Part shown: positions 1 through 13,141 of the stretch, piece after piece
Numbering within the stretch: the first letter of the stretch is position 1
Layout of the letters: each line of letters opens with the position of its first letter
Assembly: GCF_006345805.1 (NCBI RefSeq)
Contig: NC_042999.1
Span: forward strand, 136,028,001 to 136,092,000
Direction: 5' to 3'
From: Octopus sinensis
Lineage: Eukaryota
Length of the DNA: 64,000 nucleotides
Notes under the pieces: generated by a model
Databases searched by the model: none
The model's input: only the letters and a program-made list of their open reading frames with translations
What the model was told of the DNA's origin: nothing
Position numbers and translations under genes: made by a program

Positions 1-402
1 GATGGAATAAAAAATGATAGTAATTTCTTTTTTAAATCGTTGACTCATCGTAGACATTTTTAGAGAGTTTCTTCCCTTATATAATAGCGAAAAATGCATT
101 AAAATGGAATAAAAAAATGATGGTAATTTTTTTTTTAATCGTTGACTCATCGTAGACATTTTTAGAGAGTTACTTCCCTTATATAATAGCGAAAAATGCA
201 TTAAAATGGAATAAAAAATAATGGTAAATTTTTTTTTAAATCGTAGACTCATCGTAGACGCACGCTAATACCCAGAAGGGCTCGATATGAATCACGACTA
301 TAAGATACCCGGTTTTGGTTACACTGCACCGCAAAATGTGGGAGTAGTTAGGAATCTAAATCGTAGGAGACAGACACACAACCTTACTTTTATATATAAA
401 GA
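1..402 (-). mobile_element. Non-autonomous Helitron-like element, 5-prime part (continues left of the window), with a 102-bp internal tandem repeat
   Basis: Minus strand begins A|TCTTTATATATAAAAG. About 220 bp is shared with 695-918. Repeat units start near 2, 104 and 206. Confidence 0.6.
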
Positions 403-414
403 TTTGTGCAACAA

Positions 415-918
415 CTAAAACATTCGGTTGTGCAAATTGTTTGCACAGGAAACCTGCCCTGTGTGGCGGTTTTTGCCGTTTTTGTGGATCTGTTTCAGCT
501 TTTTTAGCGATCTCTGTTTTGGCGACTTCAAGCCATGAAGTCGTTGTTCTAAAAGAACGCTGGACTCCTTCACAACGCATTACGACGTTGATTTCCTTAC
601 ACTCCCTTCCCCACAGCTTCACGAGGGAGGGAAGAAGGGGGAGAAGCAACACAGGTGCAGGCGTGAGCGTGGACGCCAACTCCGCCGCCATCGACACACG
701 AAAAAATATGCATTAAAATGGAATAAAAAATGATGTTAAATTATTTTTTAAATCGTAGACTCATCGTAGACGCGCGCTAATACCCAGACGGGCTCGATAT
801 GAATCACGACTATAAGATACCCGAATTTGGTTAAACTGCACCGCAAAATTTGGGAGTAGTTAGGAATCTAAATCGAAGGGGACAGACACTCACACAACTA
901 CAGTTTTATATATATAGA
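415..918 (-). mobile_element. Apparently complete non-autonomous Helitron-like element (about 500 bp)
   Basis: 5-prime A|TCTATATATATAAAAC, 3-prime hairpin TGTGCAAA-caa-TTTGCACA (429-447) followed 10 nt later by TTAG|T. No TSD or TIR, inserted between A and T. Confidence 0.65.
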
Positions 919-1061
919 TATATTTTCTATGTTATATTTTCTTTTTTTATGTTTTTGTTTTTGGTTTTTCACTGTTTGATTTGCCTATTAGTGGTTTTAT
1001 CTCTAATTTAATTTATACAGATATATATCTCATTTGTATACATTTGTATATATAATGCGTG

Positions 1062-1095
<34 letters not shown>

Positions 1096-1914
1096 CATAT
1101 ATATATGTGTGCATTACGTAGTCGGTCGATTCACCTGAAAATATGCACACCTATGTTAAAGGTGCTGACAAGTTTGCATCACAACTATTTTGTTCCTCAA
1201 ATGAAAGGCGTCACCTCTAGGACAAATTTCCTCATCTTATAAAATGTGGCCCCAGTACACCCGAATGAAATCGGGTTATATTAACCAAAATGTGAAAAGG
1301 GGTCTAAATGGGGCTGGAAGGGGATTAAAATTTCAAAGAGCGGGTGTTTAGGAATTCTCTGTTGCATCAAGCTAAAAAATTTGCGCCAGCCTTTTAATCA
1401 TCAATGTGTTGCCGTCCATGATAAAGAAGTTTTCAATGCTTGCCATGGTGAGTCTACTGTCGTGAGAAAGAATCACTTCAAAACTTGGTGTTTACGAATT
1501 TTCTTTTACATCAAGTTCAAAATTTTACGCCAGCCGTTAAACTGTCACTACGTTGCTGTCCGTCGTTAACAAATGCCAGCCATGGTGACTCTACTATCCT
1601 CAGATTCTATCCCTTCAAACTTTGGTTTCCAATATTTTATTATTTTTATTCAGCTCGCAAGTTCGTCTGTCCCTTTTGAATGTTAGCGTTTTGCTGTCTG
1701 CCTTGAAGCAGACCTTTCCATTGCCACTGCCTCATATTTCTGATTGATCTTTCTAAATATTTTATTTCTCAACTTACTCAAGATATTTTGTTGTTTATAA
1801 ATGGGAGAGAGATAGATAAAGATAGAGAGTAAGAGAAAGCGAGGGAGGGTCAGAGAGAAAAGAAAACAGAGTGGGAAAGTGAGAGAGAAAGGAGAGAGAA
1901 ACAAATACGGAGAA

Positions 1915-2225
1915 TCATCATCATCGTTTAACGTCCGTTTTCCGTGCTAGCACGGGTTGGGCAGTGTGACCGGGGTCTCGGAAGCCAGGAGGCTGCACCA
2001 GGCTCCAGTCTGATCTGGCAGTGTTTCTACAGGTGGATGACCTTCCTAACGCCAACCACACTGTGAGTGTAGTGAGTGCTTTTTTCGTGCCGCCGGCACT
2101 GGTGCCAGGGGGGCTCGCAGTGGCAACGATCGGTTGGTGCTTTTTACATGCCACCAGCACAGAAGCAAGTGAAGGCGGTGCTGCAATCGGCCACGTTCGG
2201 ATGGTGCTTTTTACGTGCTGAAAGG
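1915..2225 (-). mobile_element. RTE-LINE-related short retroposon (3-prime end with (GAT)n tail)
   Basis: Same sequence as copies at 9505, 11658, 37020 and the 3-prime ends of the RT-bearing RTE relics. Confidence 0.8.
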
Positions 2226-2324
2226 AAGCAACAGAAAGTAACACCCACACTCTTACCCGCGCGGAAAGCGGGTCACCTTCAGCTAGTATGTGTATATATA
2301 CATATGTATGTATATATATATACG

Positions 2325-2357
<33 letters not shown>

Positions 2358-2994
2358 TATATTTGTGCATATATATATGTATTTATGTATCTCTGTATAT
2401 ATATATGTGTGTGTGTGTATATGTATACATAAATCTGTATATATGTATATATATGTATATATATATATATGTGTGTGTATATATATACATGTATATGTAT
2501 ATATAAACATATATGTACGTATACATGTCTATATATATATACATGTACATGTATATATATATTTATACATACATGTATTTTTATATAGTGAAACTATTAA
2601 AAGTGAAACAATAAAAAAGTGAAACTATTTGTAACTGCTACTCCATCGAAGGTTTCACTTTCATTCTCCGAATAAGATGTAATACAGAATGCGTGTGAAT
2701 GTTGCATTGTTTGAATTCAAAAAATTACATGTTGAGACTCCTGGGGTGTGATAGTATTACCATGTAAAATTTGATTTGATTTGATTTTGTTGAGTCTTTT
2801 GAGAATGCATTGGGAACACACAGAGATATAAAGAATTTTATATTTATATATAAATAAGAAATTAAAATGACAAGGGAATAAGAAATTATGTCATGAAGTT
2901 CATTAGCTTACAGCTGTTTTGGCTACAAGTGACAATGCAGAAGTCCCTCTCAGAAAACTCCTCTTACATCTTATTTCATTTCCTACATATCGTC

Positions 2995-3960
2995 GTTGTC
3001 ATCGTCATCGTCATCATCATCATCAACATCATCTTCATCATTTAACGTCTGTAGTACATGCTGATATGGGTTGGATGGTTTGAACATGGTTGGCGAGCTG
3101 TAAGGCTACACCATGATCCAGTCTGATTTGGCATGTTTTTTACAGTTGGGTGTCCTTCCTAATACCAACAACTCTGAGAGTGTAGTGGGTGCTCTTATAT
3201 GCTACTGGCATGGGTGCCATTTGCATGACACCAGTATCTGCCACAACTATGATTTTACTTGGCTTGATGGATCTTCCTTCTCAAGCACAGCATAATGCCA
3301 AAGGTCTTGTTCATTCGTCACTGCCTCCAGAAGCCCAACACTCAAAAAGTGCTTTTAACATGCTACCGGCATGGGTGCAAGTTACATGACACCAGCATTG
3401 GCCATGACTACAATTTCAATTGGCTTGACAAGTCTTCTCAAGCGCAGCCTATCACCAAAGGTCTTGGTCACTAGTCAATGCCTCTATGAGGCCCAAAGTT
3501 CAAAGGTCACGCTTCACTACCTCATCTAGACTTAACTCTCTCCCTAATTATTTGTGCTATGACCCTCTCTATAACTTTCATCACCTGAGCCAGCAATTTG
3601 ATACCTCTTTAATTATTTCTAAGGCATCACCTTTACCTTTGTAGCAGTGGACTATGATGCTGCTACACCAGTCATTGTGTATGACTCCTTCATGTACCAC
3701 CTGATTTACAATACAGGTGACTAGAACATAACCGACACCGCCAGATATTTTAAGCATCTCAGCGGTGATTCCTGATGGGCCAGGGGCTTTCCCTTTCTTC
3801 ATTCCCTTAATTGCTTTATCTAACAAGGTACTGTCAATTCAGATTGCTGATCCCTCAGTTGGGTTAACATTTGGCAGACTCTCCTCTTCCTATTCCTTCT
3901 CCACATTCAGTAGTCTTTCATGGCATTTCCAAGCCTCTTTCTTTGCACCATCATCCTATG
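2995..3960 (-). mobile_element. Internally deleted RTE-clade LINE relic
   Basis: ORF 3581-3826 reads KAIKGMKKGKAPGPSGITAEMLK...DWCSSIIVHCYKGKGDALE (pre-RT region) and joins the family 3-prime UTR and (GAT)n tail. Confidence 0.85.
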
Positions 3961-4614
3961 ACATCACAATGACAATGTTTTTCTGCAAGTGCATGTGCGT
4001 GCACGTGCATATATATATAAATGCAGATGTTTTCCCAAATAAAATTGCACTTCATCTTTGAAGCTCCAATGAAGTTATATATTCACTGAGAAAAATTTCT
4101 AAAACATTTACAGGAATTATCCTATAGAAGACAATAACCATGTTTAGTTAACTGCTCTTAGACTAAAGAATATTTCAGATGAATTTACAAAAGAGTGATT
4201 GCCTGTGAATACTAGCTATTCCCAAAAGTAGAATATTATTGTATATACTACTTTCTTGGGGGATTTGACAAGCTGACACATCTCACTAGCAATGCTTTCT
4301 TCATATTTAGACATAACAAAATAAATACTCCAAAACCAGTTTTTTTAATCTTATGAGACTACACAAAATTTAAAGGAAGGCTCTGGGGTAGAATTAAAAA
4401 TTATTACCTGAGATGATGAGTCTTTAGTTGAACAAAAGACTGCTCTTCAGTGATGAGACAGGGATGATAATGATGATGATGATGATGATGACAATGATAA
4501 TGACAATAATTATAATAATGCAGTACCAGGCAATGATTTTCATGGCTCCTGATCTTAACTGATAGGAAGTGTTATCATGTACATATTTTGTCTTGGTACA
4601 AAAGATGGGTTGCA

Positions 4615-5035
4615 GCAAATATTCTGCTTAATACCACAGATTTACTTGTCAGTTGCTTGACTTAACCAGTTGAGCATGTCCCTTAGTGGCTGATGACATG
4701 TGCATCTCTGATCATGAGCAGGAAGTAGTGGGAATTCTTTGGGGTTCAAATAATTAACCTCTGAAAAAATGGGAGTTTCCTTCATCCTTAAACAAACCTT
4801 ATTCAGGGATCTTTTGAGTGGGATGAGCTAATTGACCAGAAGAAAATTCTAACTGGGCCCCACCTGCAAGATCATGCACTGTTTATCTTGATATGAGATC
4901 ACCATGTAACACATATATGGTTGTGATGCATGTGCCTGGTGTACCCTTATCAAATGTGTAATCATGATGGGTATATTGGGATTCATATATTTTTACCTCA
5001 GTGTCACCTTGATGGCAAGCACTGCTCTCTCACTC

Positions 5036-5098
<63 letters not shown>
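4615..5098 (+). mobile_element. Interspersed retroposon ending in an (AAT)n tail
   Basis: Collinear with 38296-38842. Both end gcactgctctctcactc(aat)n. Confidence 0.75.
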
Positions 5099-5596
5099 TT
5101 CTAACATAGGTGCAATTTTTGAGTGGGGTAAAGAAAAGTTGATTAATAGATTCTAATATTTACAAGGGATTTTCTTTTTTCACCCTGAAAGATGATAAGC
5201 AAAGTTGGCTATAGTGAATTTAAACTCAGCACAGTAAGGAATACAACTAAATAACATGAATCTTTTGCCTGAAGTTCTACCAAATTAATTTTAAATTGAA
5301 CATAGATGATTTACTCCATGGCTTACTCTACTCTGTTGTAACTATTTATCAACTAAGGTATATATGTATATATTTTTACATTTGTATGTGTTTATGTATG
5401 CTTCTGTGGGAAGGGGTGTTTTTTTTATACCTATGTAAACATTATTACTGTAAATTTACAAAAGTAGTCTGTCAAATATATGCAATAAATATTTAATCAA
5501 TTATATGCATCATCATTATTTACACATACTTTCTTTGTCTCCCTAACTCTGACTTTCTGCTCTATATTACTGTGTGTGTGTGGGTGTGTATATATA

Positions 5597-5676
<80 letters not shown>

Positions 5677-5731
5677 AATGTATAAAGCTTAAAATATCAG
5701 TTACATTCTTTAATTTCGTATATATATATAA

Positions 5732-5778
<47 letters not shown>

Positions 5779-6561
5779 ATATATACATATATATCTGATA
5801 CTCCCTCTCTCTCTCTCTCTCTATGAGGTGGTGGGGAGCAGTGTGCAATGATGCTGTCGAGAGGAAGGCCCTGAAATGCTATGCATTCTTTTCTAATGAC
5901 CCTCATAAACTTGCTAGTATCTGGTATGTGGGGTTTTCAACTGGTAGCACTTGCATCTGCAAGTTGTTTGCAAAAAAATCTATATATGTATATATCATCA
6001 AGCAGTGTATAACTAGTGACAGCATGCAATTAGTAAGCATTTTACCATTAGTTTCAAACTGGGTATTGCACTATGAACCAGTATTTCTGAAGATTTATTA
6101 ATATTGCAAAGTACGATAGTTGATGCAAAATCGATGGCAACATTCTGGCCAGTATTATGCATGCCATCATAACCTGTAATATAATATATTGCTTCATGAA
6201 AAACAACAAAAAAAAAACCTGCTCTAATTTCTCATATTGAGTGTGCCTTTATCAAATCCCAAAAGTTCATGAACATTAATGCACATACATATAGATATTT
6301 TATCTCTTATCTTTTACTTGTTTCAGTCATTAGACTGTGGCCATGCTGGGGCACTGCCTTGAAGAACTTTTAGTTGAATGAATCAACCTCAATACTTATC
6401 TTTTTATAATTTTTTTTATTCAAGCCTAATACTTGTTCTATTTGTCTCTTTTGCTGAACTGCTAAGCTGTGAGAACACAAACAGAGCAACACTAGTTGTA
6501 TAGCAGTGGTGGTGGTGGTGGTGGGGGACAAACACAGACACAAAGATGTGCACACACACAC

Positions 6562-6614
<53 letters not shown>

Positions 6615-7924
6615 ATGTACATATAAATCTTGCTGCTGCAGCAAGTGCAGTATCACACAATTAATCCATTCAGTTCACTTTTATTACCATATATATATAT
6701 ATATATATATATGTATGTTCATTATGTTTGTGAACTTCTGGAATTTGATTCTATATGTATCATATTCAAAATGTTAATTCAGTACTTTACAACAAAAGAG
6801 TAATGGATACAGTTGACATAATTGAAGCCAGGATACCTAGGATGGATTTTATCAAACCCTAAAGGAATGAATGGTACAGGTACTTCATAGAAAGATTTGA
6901 TCTCAGCATACTGGTGCATTAGATATCCCCTACAGTGTTCTTGTACCTCATCCATATTCACTGCCTTTCCCCCCAACCTGATAAATACTTTGAAATCCAG
7001 GTCAAGACATGAAGAAATGTACAAGGTGCTTTGATGCTCTCTGACATGAACAAAAACTTCATAGCAACATCAAATTTCTAAGCATATATTTTCTTTATAG
7101 ATTTTTCTTAGACTGTTCTAATGTGGGTGCTATCATTAAATATCACCCCCAAATCTTCCTGCTCACTCTAGAGAACATGATCATGACAATGGTAATCAGA
7201 ACCATACTTTCATGCTGCAGTAAGAACTAGATATATCTTCTCCTGAACTTATTGATTGCAATTTTATCATTGATCCTGATCAGAAATTAAGTGAAAAAGA
7301 GGAAACATTATCAGAATACAAAATCAATACAAACATCTTAAGAATGATAAACTAAAAAGAGTAAATCTCTGGTGTGAGTTGTTGTAAGGATAACAAAAAC
7401 AACTACGAAGTTAATAGGTTAAAATTGCAGCTTGAATAGAAGATGTTTGATAACAAAAGGAAAATGATGTTATCTATATGAAAGGAATCATAAAAAAATC
7501 ATACATATGCACTTTTAATAAAACAAATGCTCTTTCCTCTCTTTTTGCAAATCTTTTATTAATTTACAATATTCAAAGATATTATAATTAGAATTTCTGA
7601 TATAATATTATTGAGCTAAATTATTTCTTTGTAGATGAATCAAGAAGTGTTTACACTAGTTGTAGATGCAGACACAAATGGCATTGCAAAATGAGGCAAA
7701 AGTGAATTAATGGAGGGAATGAAATTCCTGAATGATATAATATTGACATTGGAAATTGTAGATTCAATTCTCAGCAGTTATATATTTTTAGGTTTCCTTT
7801 AAAAAAAAATCACCTTTCTTTGATTATGTACTAATTTTTTTTTTTTTTAATTTCATGGCTCATGATTAAATTATAACTTTTAGCTAAGTGAAACAAAATG
7901 TAATCAGAGGAAAGTAGTGATGGT

Positions 7925-8235
7925 ATGTGATGGTTACAACAATGGGTGTTCCAGCTGATCTGAGCGACAGAACAACCTGCTTGTGAAATTAACATAAAAG
8001 TGGCTGAACACTCCACAGACACATGTACATTTAAACATAGTTCTCAGGGAGATTCAGCATGACTCAGAACGTGACAAAGCTGGCCCTTTGAAATACATGT
8101 TCTAATTATTTTTGCCAGCTGAGTGTACTGGAGCAACATGAAATAAAGTGTGTTGCTCAGAGATACAATGCACCACTGGGCATTGAACTCATGATCATGA
8201 GCTTAATACCCTAACCACTAAGCCACAAGCCTTCA
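7925..8235 (-). mobile_element. tRNA-headed SINE with CORE-like ccttgagcaagacacttta domain
   Basis: Related copies at 25468, 42030, 47280, 53010, 54370 and 63670. Confidence 0.7.
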
Positions 8236-8509
8236 CACGTGATGGTATGCATCAGCAACAAGAATAATTGATAAAATTCCTAAAATAAAAGAAGTTCATT
8301 TGCCGTAAGGATATTTCAATTTTGACATTTCAATAAATGAAATTATTTAATTTTATGAATTTTATAATGTAATTATATCTTAAGAAATTACATTTATAAT
8401 CTATGATATATAATTCATAATATTCCTTCAAAAGAACTTGTGTTTATAAATAAAATTTTGAGAAGAAAAATACTTATTTTGTAGTAAGAAAAGTATCTAA
8501 GGAAGCTTA

Positions 8510-9245
<736 letters not shown>

Positions 9246-9504
9246 ACAACGTACAAAATACTAACAAGCCTAAATATTGTAAGTACAACAGTAACGAGTA
9301 TGAGGTTGTGTGGTTAAGTGGTTAAGAAGTTTGTTTCTAACCAAATGATTTTGGATTCTGTCTCACTAAATGGCACCTTCCGCAAATGTCTTCTATTATG
9401 GCTCCGAGCAGGTCAAAGCTTTGTGAGTGGAATTGATAGATGTAAGCTGAAACAAGTCCATCATATATATATATATATATGTATGTATGTAGGTATGTAT
9501 ATAT

Positions 9505-9770
9505 ATCATCATCATCATCATCATTTAGCGTCCGCTTTCCATGCTACCATGGGTTGGACAGTTCAACTGGGGTCTGTGAAGCCAGAAGGCTGCATCAGGC
9601 CCAGTTTGATCTGGCAGTGTTTCTACGGCTGGATGCCCTTCCTAACGCCAACCACTCCGTGAGTGTAGTGGGTGCTTTTTACCTGCCACCCGCTCAGGTG
9701 CCAGACGAAGCTGGAAAACGGCCACGGACGGATGGTGCTTTTTACGTGCCACCGGCACGGGGCCAGGCGA
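9505..9770 (-). mobile_element. RTE-related short retroposon
   Basis: (CAT)n-tttagcgtccgctttccatgct...gtgccaccggcac, close to the 37020-37310 copy. Confidence 0.8.
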
Positions 9771-9808
9771 TATATATATGTATGTATGTGTATATATATG
9801 TATGTATG

Positions 9809-9857
<49 letters not shown>

Positions 9858-9909
9858 TATATATAAATAAATAAATGGAGTTGAACGAAGATGTTATTAA
9901 AATTCTTTA

Positions 9910-9991
9910 CTTTCGACATATGTTTTGAAGACAACATGGTTTTATTCCAAAGGAATAAACGGTGTAAAATGCAATCTTCTCATCAGGAAAG
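9910..9991 (-). ncRNA. Type I hammerhead-ribozyme-like motif with a G12A core change (probably inactive), Penelope/retrozyme type
   Basis: Stem I CUUUC/GAAAG, CUGAUGA (9986-9980), stem II GAAGA/UCUUC, AAAA in place of GAAA, palindromic stem III ACAUAUGU, GUC cleavage triplet. Confidence 0.7.
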
Positions 9992-9996
9992 AAAGA

Positions 9997-10065
9997 GAGA
10001 GCCTCTCTCAACAACAAGGCAGTCATTGTAATTGTTATAATGTCTTGTTGTTGAGAGAGGCTCTC
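9997..10065. repeat. Perfect 22-bp inverted repeat forming a 69-nt hairpin
   Basis: gagagcctctctcaacaacaag (9997-10018) and its exact reverse complement (10044-10065). Confidence 0.95.
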
Positions 10066-10890
10066 AAATCCAGGAGTATGTCCTCATAAATGAAACATCC
10101 CCAGTACTAAATAAGAAATATGTGTAGTAGATAATTACACTTCCATACCCACAGTTTATATTTATATACAGGTAGAATAATTAGTGGGCTGTCATGTAGA
10201 TAGATGGATGTGTGTGTATGTGTGTGTGTGTGTGTGTGTGTATGTGTGTATATGTATATGCACATGTATGTAGGCATATGGATATGAAAGTAAACAGATA
10301 GACATACAGATGGATAGGTTATATGATCAGACAAGCACACATACACATACATACACAAAGACTGAAACACATGACCATATACACTCACAATTCACTTCAC
10401 ACAAGGAGACATATGAAGACACACGTCCATACATACACATCCATACATACAGACACAGTACGTAGTCACAAAAACCCATACACACACACACTCAGACATG
10501 CACACACAAGGAGACAGAGGTACACACACACACACATGCAAACACACACATACACATAAAAAACACACTAATACAAATATGAATATGCCGAATATATACA
10601 AATGTGTACACATATACATACACACGCACATACATACATACACTTACATGCATGTGTACATTCATACATACATACATACATGTGTATGCGCACACACTCT
10701 AACTCACACACATGCGCACAAACAAACAAAAAGAATGCAGCTTGAATAACAGAGTCAACAACTATTGAAAAGGTTGCAAGATGCTATGAAAATTTTAGAA
10801 AACTAAATAAGTAAATGAGTGGAAATTTTACTGGTGAGTGTGTTAAATTATAAGGCACTAAAAGAGAATGACTCTTCCCAGACACAACAG

Positions 10891-10984
<94 letters not shown>

Positions 10985-11011
10985 ATATATAATATATATA
11001 TATATATATGT

Positions 11012-11305
11012 GGAGGCGCAATGGCCCAGTAGTTAGGGCAGTGGACTCGCGGTCGTAGGATCGTGGTTTCGATTCCCAGACCGGGTGTTGTGAGTGTTTA
11101 TCGAGCGAAAACATCTAAAGCTCCATTAGGCTCCGGCAGGGGTTGGTGGCAATCCCTGCAGTACTCTTTCACCACAACTTTCTCCTGTTGGCCTGCTCAC
11201 TTAGCCAGTGGGGTGGCATCATTTGAAGGCTAAAACAATGCGAAGCGCATTGTGACCAGCGATGTGTAGCAACATCTGATAGCCTGGTCGGTCACGGTGA
11301 TCACG

Positions 11306-11310
<5 letters not shown>
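11012..11310 (+). mobile_element. Young tRNA-derived SINE (OR-type head)
   Basis: A box tggcccagtagttag, B box ggtttcgattcc, many CpGs retained, tail (cacggtgat)2. No tRNA acceptor stem. Confidence 0.8.
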
Positions 11311-11347
<37 letters not shown>

Positions 11348-11657
11348 CACATACACAGACATATGCAGATTTTGTGCACAGTAAGTCACAGAAGAAAGGC
11401 CTTCCTCTCTCAGGTAGTGCTGGTTTTGAATTGTCATTGGTGTTTCTACAAACTTGCTTTTTTTCTAAGTAGGGGTTTTTACTTCTGGGAAGGAATAATC
11501 CATATTTTAGGTGCAAGTATGGCTGTGTGTGTAAGAAGCTTGGTTCTGGGTTCAGTCCCACTATGTGGCTCTTTGGGCAAGTGTCTTCTACTATAGCCTT
11601 GACCTGATCAAAGCCTTGTGAGTGGATTTGGTAGACTGAAACTGAAAGAAGCCCATT

Positions 11658-12464
11658 ATCATCATCATCATCATCATCATTTAATGTCCGTTTTCCATGC
11701 TAGCATGGGTTGGACGGTTCAACTGGGGTCTGGGGAGCCAGTAGGCTGCACCAGGCCCAGTCTGATCTGGCAGTGTTTCTACAGCTGGATGCCCTTCCTA
11801 ACGCCAACCACTCTGTGAGTGTAGTGGGTGCTTTTTACATGCCACCTGCACAGGTGCCAGATGAGGCTGGCAAATGGTCATGATCGGATGGTGCTTTTTA
11901 CGTGCCACCTGCACGGAGGCCAGTCGGGGCGGCGCTGGCAACGGCCACATTCGGATGGTTCTCTTATGTGCCACCGGCACTGGTATCACAGCTACAATTT
12001 CCATTGATGTTGATCGATTTCGATTTTCACTTGCCTCAACAGGTCTTCACAAGTAGGGTTTGTGTCACAAGAAGGAAAGGTATGCGTAAGTGGGCTGGCT
12101 ACGTCCCAGGTAGAAGCCACGGGTCATGGTCTCACTTGTCCTGCTGGGTCTTCCCACACACAGCATACTTCCAAAGGTCTCGGTCTCTGGTCGTTTCCTC
12201 AGTGAGACCTAAAGTTCGAAGGTCGTGCTTCACCACCTCGTCCCAGGTTTTCCTGGGTCTACTTCTTCCACAGGTTTCCTCAACCGCCAGGCTCGGCACT
12301 TTTTCACACAACTATCTTCATCCATTCTCGCTACATGACCATACACACCACAACTGATGCTTCTTAGGTCCAACTTTTCTCTCAAGGTACTTACACTCTG
12401 TCGAGTATGAAAACTGACATTACACATCCATCGGAGCATACTTGCTTCATTTCTTGCGAGCTTA

Positions 12465-12470
<6 letters not shown>
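11658..12470 (-). mobile_element. RTE LINE 3-prime fragment
   Basis: Encodes RKLARNEASMLRWMCNVS...LREKLDLRSI..VYGHVARMDEDSCVKKC, then the family 3-prime UTR and (GAT)n tail. Confidence 0.85.
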
Positions 12471-12756
<286 letters not shown>

Positions 12757-13141
12757 TGTCTGTGTTTGTTCCTCTGCCACTACTTGACAACCAGTGCTGG
12801 TGTATTTATGTCCCTGTAATTTAGTGGTTCAGCAAAAGAGACTGATAGAATAAGTATCAGGATGTAAAAAATATATAAGAACTGGAGTTGATTCATTCGA
12901 CTAAAAGTTCTTCAAGGTGGTGCCCCAGTATGGCTGCAGTCTAATGACTGAAACCAGTAAAAGATAAAAGATTAGGCTGACCTCTATCCTTTGATTTGTT
13001 CAACATATGAGGCCCTGCCAGGAGCTTGTGCTCTGCTGATATAGCTTCAGAGTCACTGAGGCATACAAATCACCACATCACAAGGACAGATCCTTATGAT
13101 AGTTGTAACAGAGTGAACTCCACTAAAAGCAATTACAATGT

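Noticed and set aside
1-260. Regularly spaced repeats suggesting a CRISPR array
   Set aside because: The units are contiguous 102-bp copies with no unique spacers, the context is eukaryotic, and there are no cas genes.
5590-5790. TT and AA phase flips within (TA)n tracts (also near 10900, 34680, 37320, 54700)
   Set aside because: Most simply single-base indels from slippage or sequencing error. There is no consistent spacing or order across tracts.
6064-6071. TATTGCAC seed of the miR-25/32/92 family (vertebrate miR-32 lies in a TMEM245 intron), also at 60524-60531 on minus
   Set aside because: The sequence beyond the seed does not match the family and I see no precursor hairpin.
5960-6175. 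ttacag acceptor as a possible terminal TMEM245 exon
   Set aside because: Splicing from 8511 gives G-L-stop and omits the conserved GHPYLTGL region. No frame resembles the family.
6779-7300. Possible very old RT fragment (also 20400-21240, 23040-23730, 44200-45500)
   Set aside because: Only faint motif echoes, too degenerate to annotate without profile searches.
11012-11090. Possible tRNA-Arg gene
   Set aside because: A and B boxes are present but there is no acceptor stem, and the sequence runs into a SINE body with an inverted paralog at 13461.
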